NCBI GenBank assembly: GCA_019639175.1
Contig: JAHBSK010000006.1
Span: 124,709 to 188,708, forward strand
Length of the DNA stretch: 64,000 nucleotides
Direction: 5' to 3'
DNA from: Acidobacteriota bacterium
GTDB taxonomy: Bacteria; Acidobacteriota; Blastocatellia; Pyrinomonadales; Pyrinomonadaceae
The notes below the pieces were generated by a model that was given only the letters and a program-made list of their open reading frames with translations, did no database searches and was not told the origin of the DNA. This document shows, piece by piece, positions 17,733-27,659 of the stretch; the stretch's first letter is position 1, and every line of letters starts with the position of its first letter. Both the position numbers and the translations under genes were made by a program.

Positions 17733-19226
17733 TCATTCCTGTTCTTTCCTGAGCTTATAAACTCTATAAGTATTTGTTGAAAACACTATTTCGTAGCTGT
17801 AATCTTTTCGACTAACAAGGTAATCGCCTCCGTATTTTTGTTGAATCGACTCTATAGATTCTTGAGGAAGTTTATTAAAGGCAACTTCTCTTTTACTTGG
17901 AATATCCTGCCCTTCTTCATTTTCATATTTCGGGGCAAGGTCATTCATCCTCTCTCGCCATTCTCCTAATCGGTCATAACGTATGTATGCAGAAACTATA
18001 GACGCTCTATTTGAATAATAAGGAGATTCACGAGCCTGCGGCGGCATTATTATCAAAGAGTCTTTCGGAGTGTTTTGATCAATCCAGAGAGATATTTCGC
18101 GGAGGTCAGATTGTTGACGGTTCCATGCATTAATTGTGGAGCTAACTTGTTTATTGATCAATTCGTAAGGGTTCAATAAAAGAAATGCACTGATCACGAT
18201 ACCTACTGTAACAAAACGAAAAGATATTGACTTGGCGGTCAATAAGACCCGGCTCACAGAAAAGAAGAAAAACAAAAAAACAATAACTGGGAATAACCTC
18301 ATTGGCATCAATCGGAGCAAAGGATACAATTCGAAGTATCTAAGAAAGACTCCAAGGAAGAACCAAATTCCAATAACTATCTGGAAAACGGCGAGAGCTC
18401 TTAGTGGTGATCTAGTGTCGGAGGTTTTCCAGGCACAATAAACATTAAAGAACAACATTCCAAGTAGCAATGGAAAAACTCTTCGTGAGAATGTGAAAGG
18501 ATCCATATGATGAGCTTGTAAAAGCAAGATTACATATTTCCAATCATCATAACTGCCTGGCGAAGTCGTGACTTGTTCTGAGATCAGAGGTACTAACCCA
18601 GGCAGTGAGGCAATAGCTGTAATTAAAAAGACCTTAACTAGGTTAGCTTTTTTATTTTCATAATAAAGCAACATGCCAAAAACTGCCGGAGTCGCCCAAA
18701 GTCCAATTGCAGGGTGGAAGCTAAACGTTAGTCCTAAAAGAATGGCTGGTAAGATGACTTTTTTTTCTGTAAAACCATAAAGTGCTGCAATTAAACAAAG
18801 ATATGAGACAACCTTTGCTTCGAAACCGCCAAAGATCCATTCATCATTGGCAACAGTTTGACCGAGTGCCAACCATACCAGAAGAGAGAGAGTTGCAGCC
18901 CAAGCAGGAATTTCCCAAATTTTGCTCAGGCGAAAAATAGCAGCCAATGTGGCGATCCAGAATGTTATTCTTCCTAACCATCCTAGTAGCTCAAGAGGAA
19001 GTACCGCACCTCCAAATCCAAATATAAAATTAAATAGCCAATGTTCATTTGCAGGATGCGAGAATGTCCAGTCATTAATCAGGAAATCAGATTTTAGCCT
19101 TAATAAGTAAAAGATCTCATTACTGTTTGGAACGGGTTTTCCATCCAGCAGCATGATTGCCCCCAAAAGGAAAATAAACCAAAGAATAAAGCCTTTTTGT
19201 AAATATTTTATGCTGTTCGTTGTCAT
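17733..19226 (-). CDS. polytopic membrane protein with C-terminal soluble domain (GT-C-like glycosyltransferase or polymerase candidate)
   Basis: 497 aa. About 11-12 hydrophobic helices over the first ~370 residues, then a hydrophilic ~130-aa tail. The architecture resembles ArnT/PMT-type enzymes. No diagnostic motif verified. Confidence 0.55.
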   Translation of the reverse strand: MTTNSIKYLQKGFILWFIFLLGAIMLLDGKPVPNSNEIFYLLRLKSDFLINDWTFSHPANEHWLFNFIFGFGGAVLPLELLGWLGRITFWIATLAAIFRLSKIWEIPAWAATLSLLVWLALGQTVANDEWIFGGFEAKVVSYLCLIAALYGFTEKKVILPAILLGLTFSFHPAIGLWATPAVFGMLLYYENKKANLVKVFLITAIASLPGLVPLISEQVTTSPGSYDDWKYVILLLQAHHMDPFTFSRRVFPLLLGMLFFNVYCAWKTSDTRSPLRALAVFQIVIGIWFFLGVFLRYFELYPLLRLMPMRLFPVIVFLFFFFSVSRVLLTAKSISFRFVTVGIVISAFLLLNPYELINKQVSSTINAWNRQQSDLREISLWIDQNTPKDSLIIMPPQARESPYYSNRASIVSAYIRYDRLGEWRERMNDLAPKYENEEGQDIPSKREVAFNKLPQESIESIQQKYGGDYLVSRKDYSYEIVFSTNTYRVYKLRKEQE

Positions 19227-19398
19227 GAGTTCATCAACTAAAGTTAGATAAAAGTCTCTTTAATCTTCCTTTTTGTCTAGCGGTTGAGTTCGCCAAAGTT
19301 TTTTCCTAAAAAACGGCCGGATATGTCCCTGTCTTGTTTTACTAAATTATTCTATCCGGCATTTTCTCGATCTTTTTGGGTCGAATCATCATGGCACA

Positions 19399-20238
19399 TC
19401 AATCTGTTCCTTCATACTTGAACAATGCCCAAAAGAGATCTTCGGACGGATATGGAAGCGAGAGCGAATCAGGGATCAAGCTGAACAGAGCCTTAAGTCC
19501 CAGTCTGTATTGAAGCAGTGTTTTTGCTCGTTTACCACTTATTTTTTTAAGCGTTCGTCCGCAGGCTATTTCTTCAAATCCGAGGCCGGAAAGATATGTT
19601 ACTAGACTTTTATGGGAATACCAGTGCAGTACACTCGGCGGAGAATATTCAGGCCAATGCTTTTTTAAGATCCTAGCGGAAAATGAATCACGATCCCACG
19701 ACTCGATCAGCAGCCAGCCTCCGTGCGACAGAATGGTTCTCACACTTTCAAAAGCCGACTGCGGATCGAATAAATGTCCCACGACCTGGATCATTGATAC
19801 AAGGTCGAAACGCTCGTTCTTATCGAACATTTCCAGCGTCCCTATGTTCATTTCCAAACCAAGTTCAGATCTTCCATACTCAACCATTGATGCGTTTGGT
19901 TCCAGACCGATCCCATTCCAGCCTTCATCCTGAAAGCCCTTTAATATAAAACCGGCTGCGGCCCCGACGTCCAACATTCTGCTTGGCTCCACATATTTTT
20001 TGATCTTTTTGGCATACTGACGACCCCGTTTACGCAATTGGTCTGCTTCGATGGTGTAATCCGCATAACCTGCATTACCGTCGTAAAAATACGGATCGTC
20101 ATAGGTCTTTTCCACATGGCCCAGATCTGCTGTGATCTCCGCAAAACGATGGCCGCAGCTATTGCAGTCAAGTATCCAAATGCCTTTACCTTTAAAAGCC
20201 CTTTCTGATATCGAATTGCACAGTGGACATTTCATCAT
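19399..20238 (-). CDS. class I SAM-dependent methyltransferase with N-terminal Zn-ribbon
   Basis: The track ORF starts at GTG 20283, but I prefer ATG 20238/20235 (MMKCPLCNS...CNSCGH). SAM motif I is LDVGAAAGF. Confidence 0.8.
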   Translation of the reverse strand: MMKCPLCNSISERAFKGKGIWILDCNSCGHRFAEITADLGHVEKTYDDPYFYDGNAGYADYTIEADQLRKRGRQYAKKIKKYVEPSRMLDVGAAAGFILKGFQDEGWNGIGLEPNASMVEYGRSELGLEMNIGTLEMFDKNERFDLVSMIQVVGHLFDPQSAFESVRTILSHGGWLLIESWDRDSFSARILKKHWPEYSPPSVLHWYSHKSLVTYLSGLGFEEIACGRTLKKISGKRAKTLLQYRLGLKALFSLIPDSLSLPYPSEDLFWALFKYEGTD

Positions 20239-20352
20239 AAGATGCCTTTGGTGAATTATTTTTTGGTCTAGCAATAACCCCACGATGATAATTCAATAAC
20301 CATTTAATAGATATGATTTTGCAACATTGGTTTGTCCCCCCCAATGCGATAG

Positions 20353-21243
20353 TCACAAACTATTCATTTGAGCCACAACCATCATTTCGCCAATCGGCAG
20401 CGGAATTATTTGTTGGCGCAGAAAACCTGGTACAAGTTTACTAGCAACATTTAAGAAGCGATAAACCATGGGATTATATTCGACAAATTGCGTTTGGGCA
20501 TAGTTATAAGTCATTGGTTTATATGTTGTTCCAACGAAGAGTACGTTAAAGTTATTTCGCTCCAGTAATTTGCGAATGATGAAAGGATTGAAATAGTGAA
20601 GATGTTCTTCAGGGATATAAAAATACCAGCGTGACCTCATAATATAACGACTCAATGAGTTCAGATTTGGCATTGTCATGATCAGATAGCCATCCGGTTT
20701 TAGTTTAGAGTGCGCGGTTTTCAAAAATGTGATCGGATCTATCAAATGTTCGATCAAATCGAAAGCAGTTATAGCATCATATTTCTCATCCGTAAGATGG
20801 GTTTCCAAAGTTCCGGCTTTGACCGGCAACCCGTTTTCTTTCGCCAAAGAAACCGCAGTTTCACTGATCTCAATGCCTTCAGCATTAATACTGCCTTCTA
20901 GCAAGGTTTTAACGAATACTCCCGTAGAAGCACCAACGTCAAGCCATTTTCCAGATGGACGAATTCGTCTGCAGATTTCTTTCAGACGCTGTTTGGCAGT
21001 CATTTCCTTTAAATCGCCCTCAGACGAAAAGGTTTCATACATCCCAGATCTGTACGACAGTTCATAATATTCCCTTAAGATGCTCTCGGTCGGGAGAGGA
21101 TGCTGTTTTTGGAGTCCGCAGCTGATACATTTCCAAAAGTCTTTCTGGTTTTTCGAAAACAACTTCTTGAATTTCGTATTCTGACATACCGGACACTCAC
21201 CTATAGGTTCCGGGTTGTGTTCTGCTGATAATCTATTTTCCAT
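20353..21243 (-). CDS. class I SAM-dependent methyltransferase with N-terminal Zn-ribbon (paralogue of 19399-20238)
   Basis: 296 aa. CPVCQN...CISCGL zinc ribbon and SAM motif LDVGASTGVF. Same architecture as the neighbouring gene. Confidence 0.8.
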   Translation of the reverse strand: MENRLSAEHNPEPIGECPVCQNTKFKKLFSKNQKDFWKCISCGLQKQHPLPTESILREYYELSYRSGMYETFSSEGDLKEMTAKQRLKEICRRIRPSGKWLDVGASTGVFVKTLLEGSINAEGIEISETAVSLAKENGLPVKAGTLETHLTDEKYDAITAFDLIEHLIDPITFLKTAHSKLKPDGYLIMTMPNLNSLSRYIMRSRWYFYIPEEHLHYFNPFIIRKLLERNNFNVLFVGTTYKPMTYNYAQTQFVEYNPMVYRFLNVASKLVPGFLRQQIIPLPIGEMMVVAQMNSL

Positions 21244-21377
21244 AAAACCCTCCGAGTGATCTATTTGTCTCCGCTAGTTATGGAAGCAGACTCATTTCTG
21301 AAGAAAATTCTAAATCTACATTTCCATTTTTACCCGACAACATTTAATAGGTGGGAAGATCTTATTCCTACCATCTT

Positions 21378-22676
21378 TTATATCAATTCAGCTCCATAAA
21401 AATTTTCTGCTAGTTGTGCTGTCTCGTTCACATTCAGGGTTCCGTTCAGAATGTGTGCTGAGTTTACCACGAAAACATTCGGAACGGATGTTTTTATTGA
21501 TGGTACGGAACCTGAGTAATTTAGGACAGGAAGCGGAAAGACCTGCCTTACTTTTGAGACCTTGAAATCGACAACGGAACTGCGGTCAAAAGACGGATAC
21601 ATTTTTTCCAGTCCTGACAGGAATCGCTGTTCGATCTCATCATCAGAAAGCTCGAACATCGGGTCGTCAGGCTCAACGTATTTGGGCAGATAAATAAGAT
21701 GGTTTCCGCCAAATTCTTTCTTATCAACCAGAGCGGACATCTCTATAATGCCGGTAAATGGGGTCTCATCGGTGATATTAGTGACATAATATTCCGATAT
21801 TGGAGTTTTTGTCAGAACAGAAGCGCATACTATCCCCTGGTATTTGACATTGGTCAGGCTCTCGCGTTCAGAAGGCGTGAGTTCAGGCACAAGGTCAGCG
21901 GCCACGGACGATGGGCAGGTAAGGACAACAGCGTCAAATGTGGAAGCCGTATCGCCATTAATGATATTTACTTGTCCGTCGGTGGTTGATTCTATTCGTT
22001 CGATCCTGCTGTAAAGTTTGATCGAAACGCCTAATTCCTCAAGATTCTTCGCGAAATGTTCCAGCACGCGGGCATAACCGCCGCGAACGTAACCGAACAT
22101 CTCTTTTTTCAGCCCGGAGTTTCTCGCAGCATACATACGCTGGATCGTGGCCCAGATAAAAGCGGCTGATGTTTCCTTGTAGGCGTCGCCGAGTTTTGCC
22201 TTTAGCAGCGGCCGCCACATTTTTTCAAATGTTCTTTTACCGGAAAGTTTCGTCAGCCATTCTTCGACAGTGATCTTCTCAAGCTGTTTCCAGTCCTTAA
22301 GCCTCGAAGCGTAAAATATCGTTGCACCGAGCCGCAATTTGCTAATCAGGCCAAGCGGCGGGAAACGAAGGAACTCCAGCGTGTTCGACATCGAATACAA
22401 GCTGCCGTCGGTATAAAAGCCGGTCTTTGTTTCTACCCAGCGAAAGTCATCCTCAAGGCCGATCTCTTTGACGACCCCTCGGGTAAATGTATCGGACAGC
22501 AGCGTTACATGGTAATGTTTGTCCCAGACAACATCGCCGATCTTCCATGCCGACGCCAGGCCGCCGATCTCCGAAGCAGATTCAAATATCGTCACGGCAT
22601 CGCCGCGCTGAGCGCAACGCAGAGCAATGGTAAGGCCGAGAAATCCGGCTCCGACAATGGCGATATTTTTAGACAT
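21378..22676 (-). CDS. NAD(P)/FAD-dependent oxidoreductase (amine-oxidase/HemY-like fold)
   Basis: 432 aa. N-terminal dinucleotide fold NIAIVGAGFLGLTIALRCAQRGDAVTIFESASEIGGL. Confidence 0.8.
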   Translation of the reverse strand: MSKNIAIVGAGFLGLTIALRCAQRGDAVTIFESASEIGGLASAWKIGDVVWDKHYHVTLLSDTFTRGVVKEIGLEDDFRWVETKTGFYTDGSLYSMSNTLEFLRFPPLGLISKLRLGATIFYASRLKDWKQLEKITVEEWLTKLSGKRTFEKMWRPLLKAKLGDAYKETSAAFIWATIQRMYAARNSGLKKEMFGYVRGGYARVLEHFAKNLEELGVSIKLYSRIERIESTTDGQVNIINGDTASTFDAVVLTCPSSVAADLVPELTPSERESLTNVKYQGIVCASVLTKTPISEYYVTNITDETPFTGIIEMSALVDKKEFGGNHLIYLPKYVEPDDPMFELSDDEIEQRFLSGLEKMYPSFDRSSVVDFKVSKVRQVFPLPVLNYSGSVPSIKTSVPNVFVVNSAHILNGTLNVNETAQLAENFYGAELI

Positions 22677-22704
22677 CCGAAATTACCAAGTTGAGAAAAG
22701 GCTG

Positions 22705-23319
22705 TCAGGCCTCTGTGACCGTGGTACCGTCTATGGTGTAATCAAGGCCGCAGTCGCAGCTATATACTTCTTTTTCGAGTTCGGAAAACCGATGAAAAAG
22801 ACTGCCGCATTTACAGACAGCACCGACGGAACGTGCAGGGCTGCCAAGCACTAAATGAAAGTCCGGGACACTTTTCGTTACGACCGATCCCATCCCGACC
22901 ATCGACCAACGGCCGATCTCTAGATCGTTTCCGATTATGCATCCGGCGCCGATCGTTGCCCCTTCACGAACTAAAGTCGGCAATGTGTGTTCATCCGGTT
23001 CGCTTGGCCGGAGCGATTTCAGGTCGGGAAACGTTGCTCGCGGAAAACGGTCGTTGGTGAACGTGGTCGAGGCGGATATCATCACGCCGTCCTCGATGGT
23101 AACGGCCGCGCAGATATAGACCATCGCGTTTATTTTGACCCGGTTGCCGATCTTGACGTCATAAGCAATGTAAGATTTTTCACCGACAATGCATTCGTCG
23201 CCCAAGGTGGCTCCGTGACGTATGTGAACGTTGTCCCAAATACTGGTGCCTTCGCCAAGCGTCACGCCTTCTTCAATTATTGCCGTCGGGTGTACTTTTG
23301 CCATAATATAGGTGTCCAT
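22705..23319 (-). CDS. hexapeptide-repeat (LbH) N-acetyltransferase, WbpD/WlbB-like
   Basis: 204 aa. Left-handed beta-helix repeats (VHPTAIIEEGVTLGEGTSIWDNVHIRHGATLGDECIVGEKSYI...) next to a DegT aminotransferase and a Gfo/Idh/MocA oxidoreductase. Confidence 0.85.
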   Translation of the reverse strand: MDTYIMAKVHPTAIIEEGVTLGEGTSIWDNVHIRHGATLGDECIVGEKSYIAYDVKIGNRVKINAMVYICAAVTIEDGVMISASTTFTNDRFPRATFPDLKSLRPSEPDEHTLPTLVREGATIGAGCIIGNDLEIGRWSMVGMGSVVTKSVPDFHLVLGSPARSVGAVCKCGSLFHRFSELEKEVYSCDCGLDYTIDGTTVTEA

Positions 23320-23381
23320 TATAAGAAGGCGGCGGATAAACCAAGATCACACCGCCCTCTGAGGGAATTTAACTTTATATC

Positions 23382-24374
23382 TCAGGCCCCGGCGACGGAA
23401 CGGGAGACAGGTTCCCATTTACTTCCGTTAAGCGAGCGGTATGCAGCCTCGATCACTTCCACCGATGCCAGTGCTCCTTCGGCTGTGATCAGCAGATCGT
23501 CCGTGCCTCTGACCGCATCTCGAAAATTCTCTATCTTTGATCGGAACGCCTGAACCTTATCATAGCCGCTGCCAAAGACAGTCCAGTCAGGCGAAGAGTT
23601 AAGCTTGAACTTTGACTCACGCCAACCGATATGGAGTGTTCCGGCCGTGCCATATACGCTGATAAAGTTGGGAAGCTCCTTGTTAATGCCCCAGGTCAGG
23701 TCAACCGTCGCGACGACGCTGTTTTTGGTTCTGGCCATCAGTTTGACGTTCTCATCCACCGAAAGGCCCTGTGTGCCGCCGGCCTCGACCGCGATCACAT
23801 CCGTTATCGGGCCAAGGAAATATCTGATGATATCGACCGAATGTGTGCCGTTATCCATCAACACGCCGCCGCCCGAAACAGCGCTGTCCGAATTCCAACG
23901 GGTGGACATATCCACCTTGGCGGTAAAGGCGTTTTCAAATTGTATGATCTCCCCCAGCGTACCGGAGGCGACCATTGCCTTTGCTTTTATTACGTCCTCA
24001 ACATAGCGGAATTTGGACGCCATCGTAAAAGTGACGTTGTTTTCTTCTGCGGCAGCGATCATCCTTTTGGCATCGGCAACCGTCAGGCAGAGCGGTTTTT
24101 CGCACAGTACATGAACACCGCGTTTCATGAAATATTCTGCTATTTCGGGATGAGAATTAGGAGGCGTTGATATTATAACGGCTTCTAAATCCGATCTTTC
24201 GGCAAGTTCCTTATAGTCAGTAAAAGCTTTTGCTCCAAGCGGCTCGGCAAAAGCATCGGCTGAATCCTTGCGGACATCGGCCACCGCCACAAGCTCACAA
24301 AGATCGCTTGTCGGGAAAGCCTGAGCGTATGTCTGGGCGATGCCGCCGGTTCCTATCAATCCAAATTTCAACAT
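23382..24374 (-). CDS. Gfo/Idh/MocA-family NAD-dependent sugar oxidoreductase, WbpB-like
   Basis: 330 aa. MLKFGLIGTGGIAQTYAQAF Rossmann N-terminus and the EKPL motif (VLCEKPLCLT). Confidence 0.85.
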   Translation of the reverse strand: MLKFGLIGTGGIAQTYAQAFPTSDLCELVAVADVRKDSADAFAEPLGAKAFTDYKELAERSDLEAVIISTPPNSHPEIAEYFMKRGVHVLCEKPLCLTVADAKRMIAAAEENNVTFTMASKFRYVEDVIKAKAMVASGTLGEIIQFENAFTAKVDMSTRWNSDSAVSGGGVLMDNGTHSVDIIRYFLGPITDVIAVEAGGTQGLSVDENVKLMARTKNSVVATVDLTWGINKELPNFISVYGTAGTLHIGWRESKFKLNSSPDWTVFGSGYDKVQAFRSKIENFRDAVRGTDDLLITAEGALASVEVIEAAYRSLNGSKWEPVSRSVAGA

Positions 24375-24610
24375 AAAAGATCCTAAAAGATATTAAATAG
24401 AGTTCTTTGAAAAACAGATCTACATCGGAATATGTGACAAGTGATAGGTGAAAACTGAAAGGTTTTTCGGCATTTTTACTTGTAACTTCTCACTTTTCAC
24501 TTATTTCGAAGAAAGATGTCTGGTTTTTCAAAGCTCTCAAATAGTTTGTTATGTTCTCTTTGACGAACGGCCCGTTAAGATGAACAGGCCGCCGTCAATG
24601 AGAATTTGTC

Positions 24611-25846
24611 CTATTGAGCAACGCGGGCCTGTGCCGCAGCTTCACGTATCGATGCAGCGAGGAATTCGATATGCTCCTCGGAGTAGCGTTCGTTTATCGG
24701 CAGAACGAGTATGTCATGCAATCCCTTGAATGTTCCCGGAAACTTTTCGTCCGAATAATCTACCGCTTCGGGCCGGGCAAGGTTGAACGGATAGTGGCTG
24801 TCGCCAAATGTGTTCTGTTCCGAAAATACCCGGCATTTGAACGCAGGCTTTACGACATAACGGGGAGCCGAAGCGACATCGTATGTTTTCAGAGCCTTTG
24901 CCAGGCCGACCGAACCGTCCTGTATCTTTGTGTCATCGACTCTGAGGCAATATTTCCAGTAGGTCATTGTGGAGCCGTCAGCCGGCTCATAGCTTTCAAT
25001 GCCGTCAATGTCGGCAATGCGTTTCTTTAAAAGAGCGGCCATCTTTTGTCTCTGCTCAACGCCAGCATCGAGCTTTTTTAGCTGTTCGTATGCCAGAGCG
25101 GCCTGAAGCTCGGTCATGCGATAGTTCAGCGACGCGAAATAGTGATCGGGATTGGGGTCGCCATATCCCCAAGCTTTGTTGATGAAAAGATACATTCTGC
25201 GAGCGATCTCATCATCATTTGTTACGACAATGCCGCCTTCGCCGGTAGTCATGTGCTTGCCTTGCTGGAACGAAAAAGCTCCGATCTTGCCGATGGTGCC
25301 GACATATTTTCCGTCACACTCGGCGAGGAAAGATTGAGCAGTATCTTCAATGACCGGAATGCCTTTTGAATCGGCAAGCTCCATGATCGCCTTCATTTCA
25401 CATGGATTTCCGAACAAATGCGTCACGATGATCGCTTTTGTTTTGTCCGAGATGACCTTTTCTATCGTCTCGGCCGTGACATTGAGCGTTCTCGGATCGA
25501 CATCGGCAAAAACCGGGATCGCTCCCTGAAAAACTATCGGCGTCAAGGCTCCCATGTCCGTTATCGATGTGGTGATGATCTCGTCGCCCGGATTCGGGTT
25601 GATCGCGGCGACGGCGACGTGTACGGCGGCGGAGCCGGAGTTGCACGCATAGGCATATTTGACGCCCATTCTGGCTGCAAAGGCCTCTTCGAGCAGCCGT
25701 CCGTATTTTCCCTTGGTTGTTATCAACGTGCCGGAATCCAGCACTTCCTTGATGGCAGCGAGTTCTTCCGGGCCGAACGAACGGCCCGATGCGTCCTGGT
25801 CTGACGGCAATTTAATGTTTGTTTCGATCTGTGTTGAAGGTGTCAT
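24611..25846 (-). CDS. DegT/DnrJ/EryC1/StrS-family PLP-dependent sugar aminotransferase, WbpE-like
   Basis: 411 aa. NSGSAAVHVA, and the PLP-lysine context FSFQQGKHMTTGEGG. Confidence 0.9.
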   Translation of the reverse strand: MTPSTQIETNIKLPSDQDASGRSFGPEELAAIKEVLDSGTLITTKGKYGRLLEEAFAARMGVKYAYACNSGSAAVHVAVAAINPNPGDEIITTSITDMGALTPIVFQGAIPVFADVDPRTLNVTAETIEKVISDKTKAIIVTHLFGNPCEMKAIMELADSKGIPVIEDTAQSFLAECDGKYVGTIGKIGAFSFQQGKHMTTGEGGIVVTNDDEIARRMYLFINKAWGYGDPNPDHYFASLNYRMTELQAALAYEQLKKLDAGVEQRQKMAALLKKRIADIDGIESYEPADGSTMTYWKYCLRVDDTKIQDGSVGLAKALKTYDVASAPRYVVKPAFKCRVFSEQNTFGDSHYPFNLARPEAVDYSDEKFPGTFKGLHDILVLPINERYSEEHIEFLAASIREAAAQARVAQ

Positions 25847-25884
25847 AATTCCTGCCTATATCCTTATATATTGATGGTTTCCCA

Positions 25885-27591
25885 TTATTTATTCGTTGGT
25901 ATTTTTGCCATCTTTTCGGGAAGAGAAACTTCTATTTCATCCTGTTTTCCGAAAAAACGGAGCTTATTAAGACGGGAAAGAAGCGTTAAATGGCCTCCTA
26001 TCGTCTTTAAGGTTTTCATTTTTGAACTTCCGAACAGCCTGACTTCGAGGATCGCGGGATACTCCACTATCCGGCCGCCGCGCATGTCCAAAAGTCCGAG
26101 AAGTTCCGCAACACCAAGAAAACCTGTTTCGCGTATTTTCAGATCAACGATGGCCGACCTGCGATAAACACGAAAACAGCTTGTATAGGTGTCGAGTTTT
26201 GTCTTAAGCGTTCTCCGGTAAAGGAACGATGCTCCTTTTGAAAGGAAAAGTCGCCAGCCCGGAACATTTCGCACGCCTCCGTCCCTATGATAAGGCGACG
26301 CCGTTACCATGTCCGCTCCGCGCTCCAGAAAAGGGATCATATTGGACAGTTCAAGCGGATCGTAGGTGCAGTCACAATCCATCGAACAAACGATCTCTGT
26401 CCGAGCCGCTTCAATGCCGGTCATAATGGCCCCGGCGACGCCTTTATTGGTCTCGTGCGAGATTATCGTAAAATTCTCATCTTCGCCGAAAAGTTCATTG
26501 AGAAGCTCTGGTGTCCGATCCTTGCTGCAATCATCAACAAAGATAAAGTTAGGAACGTATCCGTGTTCACGAAGGTTCTCATCGACCTTTTTCAGCGTAT
26601 TCGCCAGATAGGGAAGCGAGTCTTCTTCGTTGTAGCACGGCATCACTATTGAAACCGGCGTAAGAAGCGTCCCCTGAGCATCTTGAGCTTTATTTGCAGT
26701 ATCGGCGGCCGCTGTCATCGGAAGGGCGGAAGCCGCCATGCTTTCCCCGGCGGTCAGTCCCATTACGTCGGAAATGCTTGTGAAACTATATAATTTAAGA
26801 TTTTCGCGTATCACCCATTCCATCTTTTCCAGCTTTCGGTAATGACGGATGCGATTGTAATAGGTGGCCGCAGAAATGCGCGGCTGTTCGGGGTCCAACT
26901 CCCAAACGTGAAAGTAAAAGACGAAGGGCTGTTCGACCTTTTTGTCCCAATTAGAGATTGCATGACGGACAAACGAATGAGGTATCTGACGCAGATAGTT
27001 TCCGCCTGAGATCGGGAGCAGGCCGACGCCGGTATTAAGTGTCGAATAGGGAAATTCGCGTATTGAACCATTGCCGGTTGTTATTTCACGAGCATAACGT
27101 CTGTTCGACGGGTCACGCCTATTTGGCATAAATGACGCGTCATAGTACATGCCTTCTGCTGCCAGAATATCCAGGATCCAAGCATCTTCACGAAAATTCA
27201 GCTTTGCAGCGGCTCGGTATCCCAGAACCTTTTGTCCTGTGGCGGACTCGATGGCGCGATTGGTCCGCAACAGATCTTCGCGAAACTCCTCCGGCGAAAG
27301 ATTTTTCAAACTGCGATGATAATATCCGCGGCTGGCAACCTCATGGCCGCGTTCGGCGATGGTTTTTATTAATGCGGGATTTTGGTCGGCGATCCACCCA
27401 AGCACGAAAAATGTCGCACGGGTATCGTATTCATCCAGCAGATCGAGGGCCTTGAGAGTATTGCTTTCGTAACGGGGAACAAAATTGGTCCAGTTGCGCT
27501 CCTGGATCAATTTTTCGAATGCACCGACCTGAAAATAATCCTCAACAAGGACCGTCAGAACGTGCTTTCTATTTGGGGGAATAGAACTCAT
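25885..27591 (-). CDS. fusion protein: XrtA/PEP-CTERM-locus-type polysaccharide deacetylase (NodB + DUF3473-like) fused to a family-2 glycosyltransferase
   Basis: 568 aa. N-terminal LTVLVEDYFQVGAFEKLI...ATFFVLGWIADQNPALIKTIAERGHEVASRGYYH matches the PEP-CTERM-locus deacetylase subfamily pattern. An Ala/Thr-rich linker covers residues ~278-312 (26658-26760). C-terminal GT2 motifs are VSIVMPCYNEEDSLPYL and FIFVDDCSKDRT. Confidence 0.85.
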   Translation of the reverse strand: MSSIPPNRKHVLTVLVEDYFQVGAFEKLIQERNWTNFVPRYESNTLKALDLLDEYDTRATFFVLGWIADQNPALIKTIAERGHEVASRGYYHRSLKNLSPEEFREDLLRTNRAIESATGQKVLGYRAAAKLNFREDAWILDILAAEGMYYDASFMPNRRDPSNRRYAREITTGNGSIREFPYSTLNTGVGLLPISGGNYLRQIPHSFVRHAISNWDKKVEQPFVFYFHVWELDPEQPRISAATYYNRIRHYRKLEKMEWVIRENLKLYSFTSISDVMGLTAGESMAASALPMTAAADTANKAQDAQGTLLTPVSIVMPCYNEEDSLPYLANTLKKVDENLREHGYVPNFIFVDDCSKDRTPELLNELFGEDENFTIISHETNKGVAGAIMTGIEAARTEIVCSMDCDCTYDPLELSNMIPFLERGADMVTASPYHRDGGVRNVPGWRLFLSKGASFLYRRTLKTKLDTYTSCFRVYRRSAIVDLKIRETGFLGVAELLGLLDMRGGRIVEYPAILEVRLFGSSKMKTLKTIGGHLTLLSRLNKLRFFGKQDEIEVSLPEKMAKIPTNK

Positions 27592-27659
27592 TCTTAATAC
27601 AACCGCTCTATTGTCTGACGAGTGAGGTTAGGTCAGTTTGCAACAATATCTAGTTTATT

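Noticed and set aside
17733-19226. Candidate exosortase (the missing XrtA)
   Set aside because: It is polytopic, but it has no Cys-containing catalytic motif, no conserved Arg/His pattern of exosortases and no EpsI-like domain. Its large C-terminal soluble domain fits GT-C-like enzymes better.
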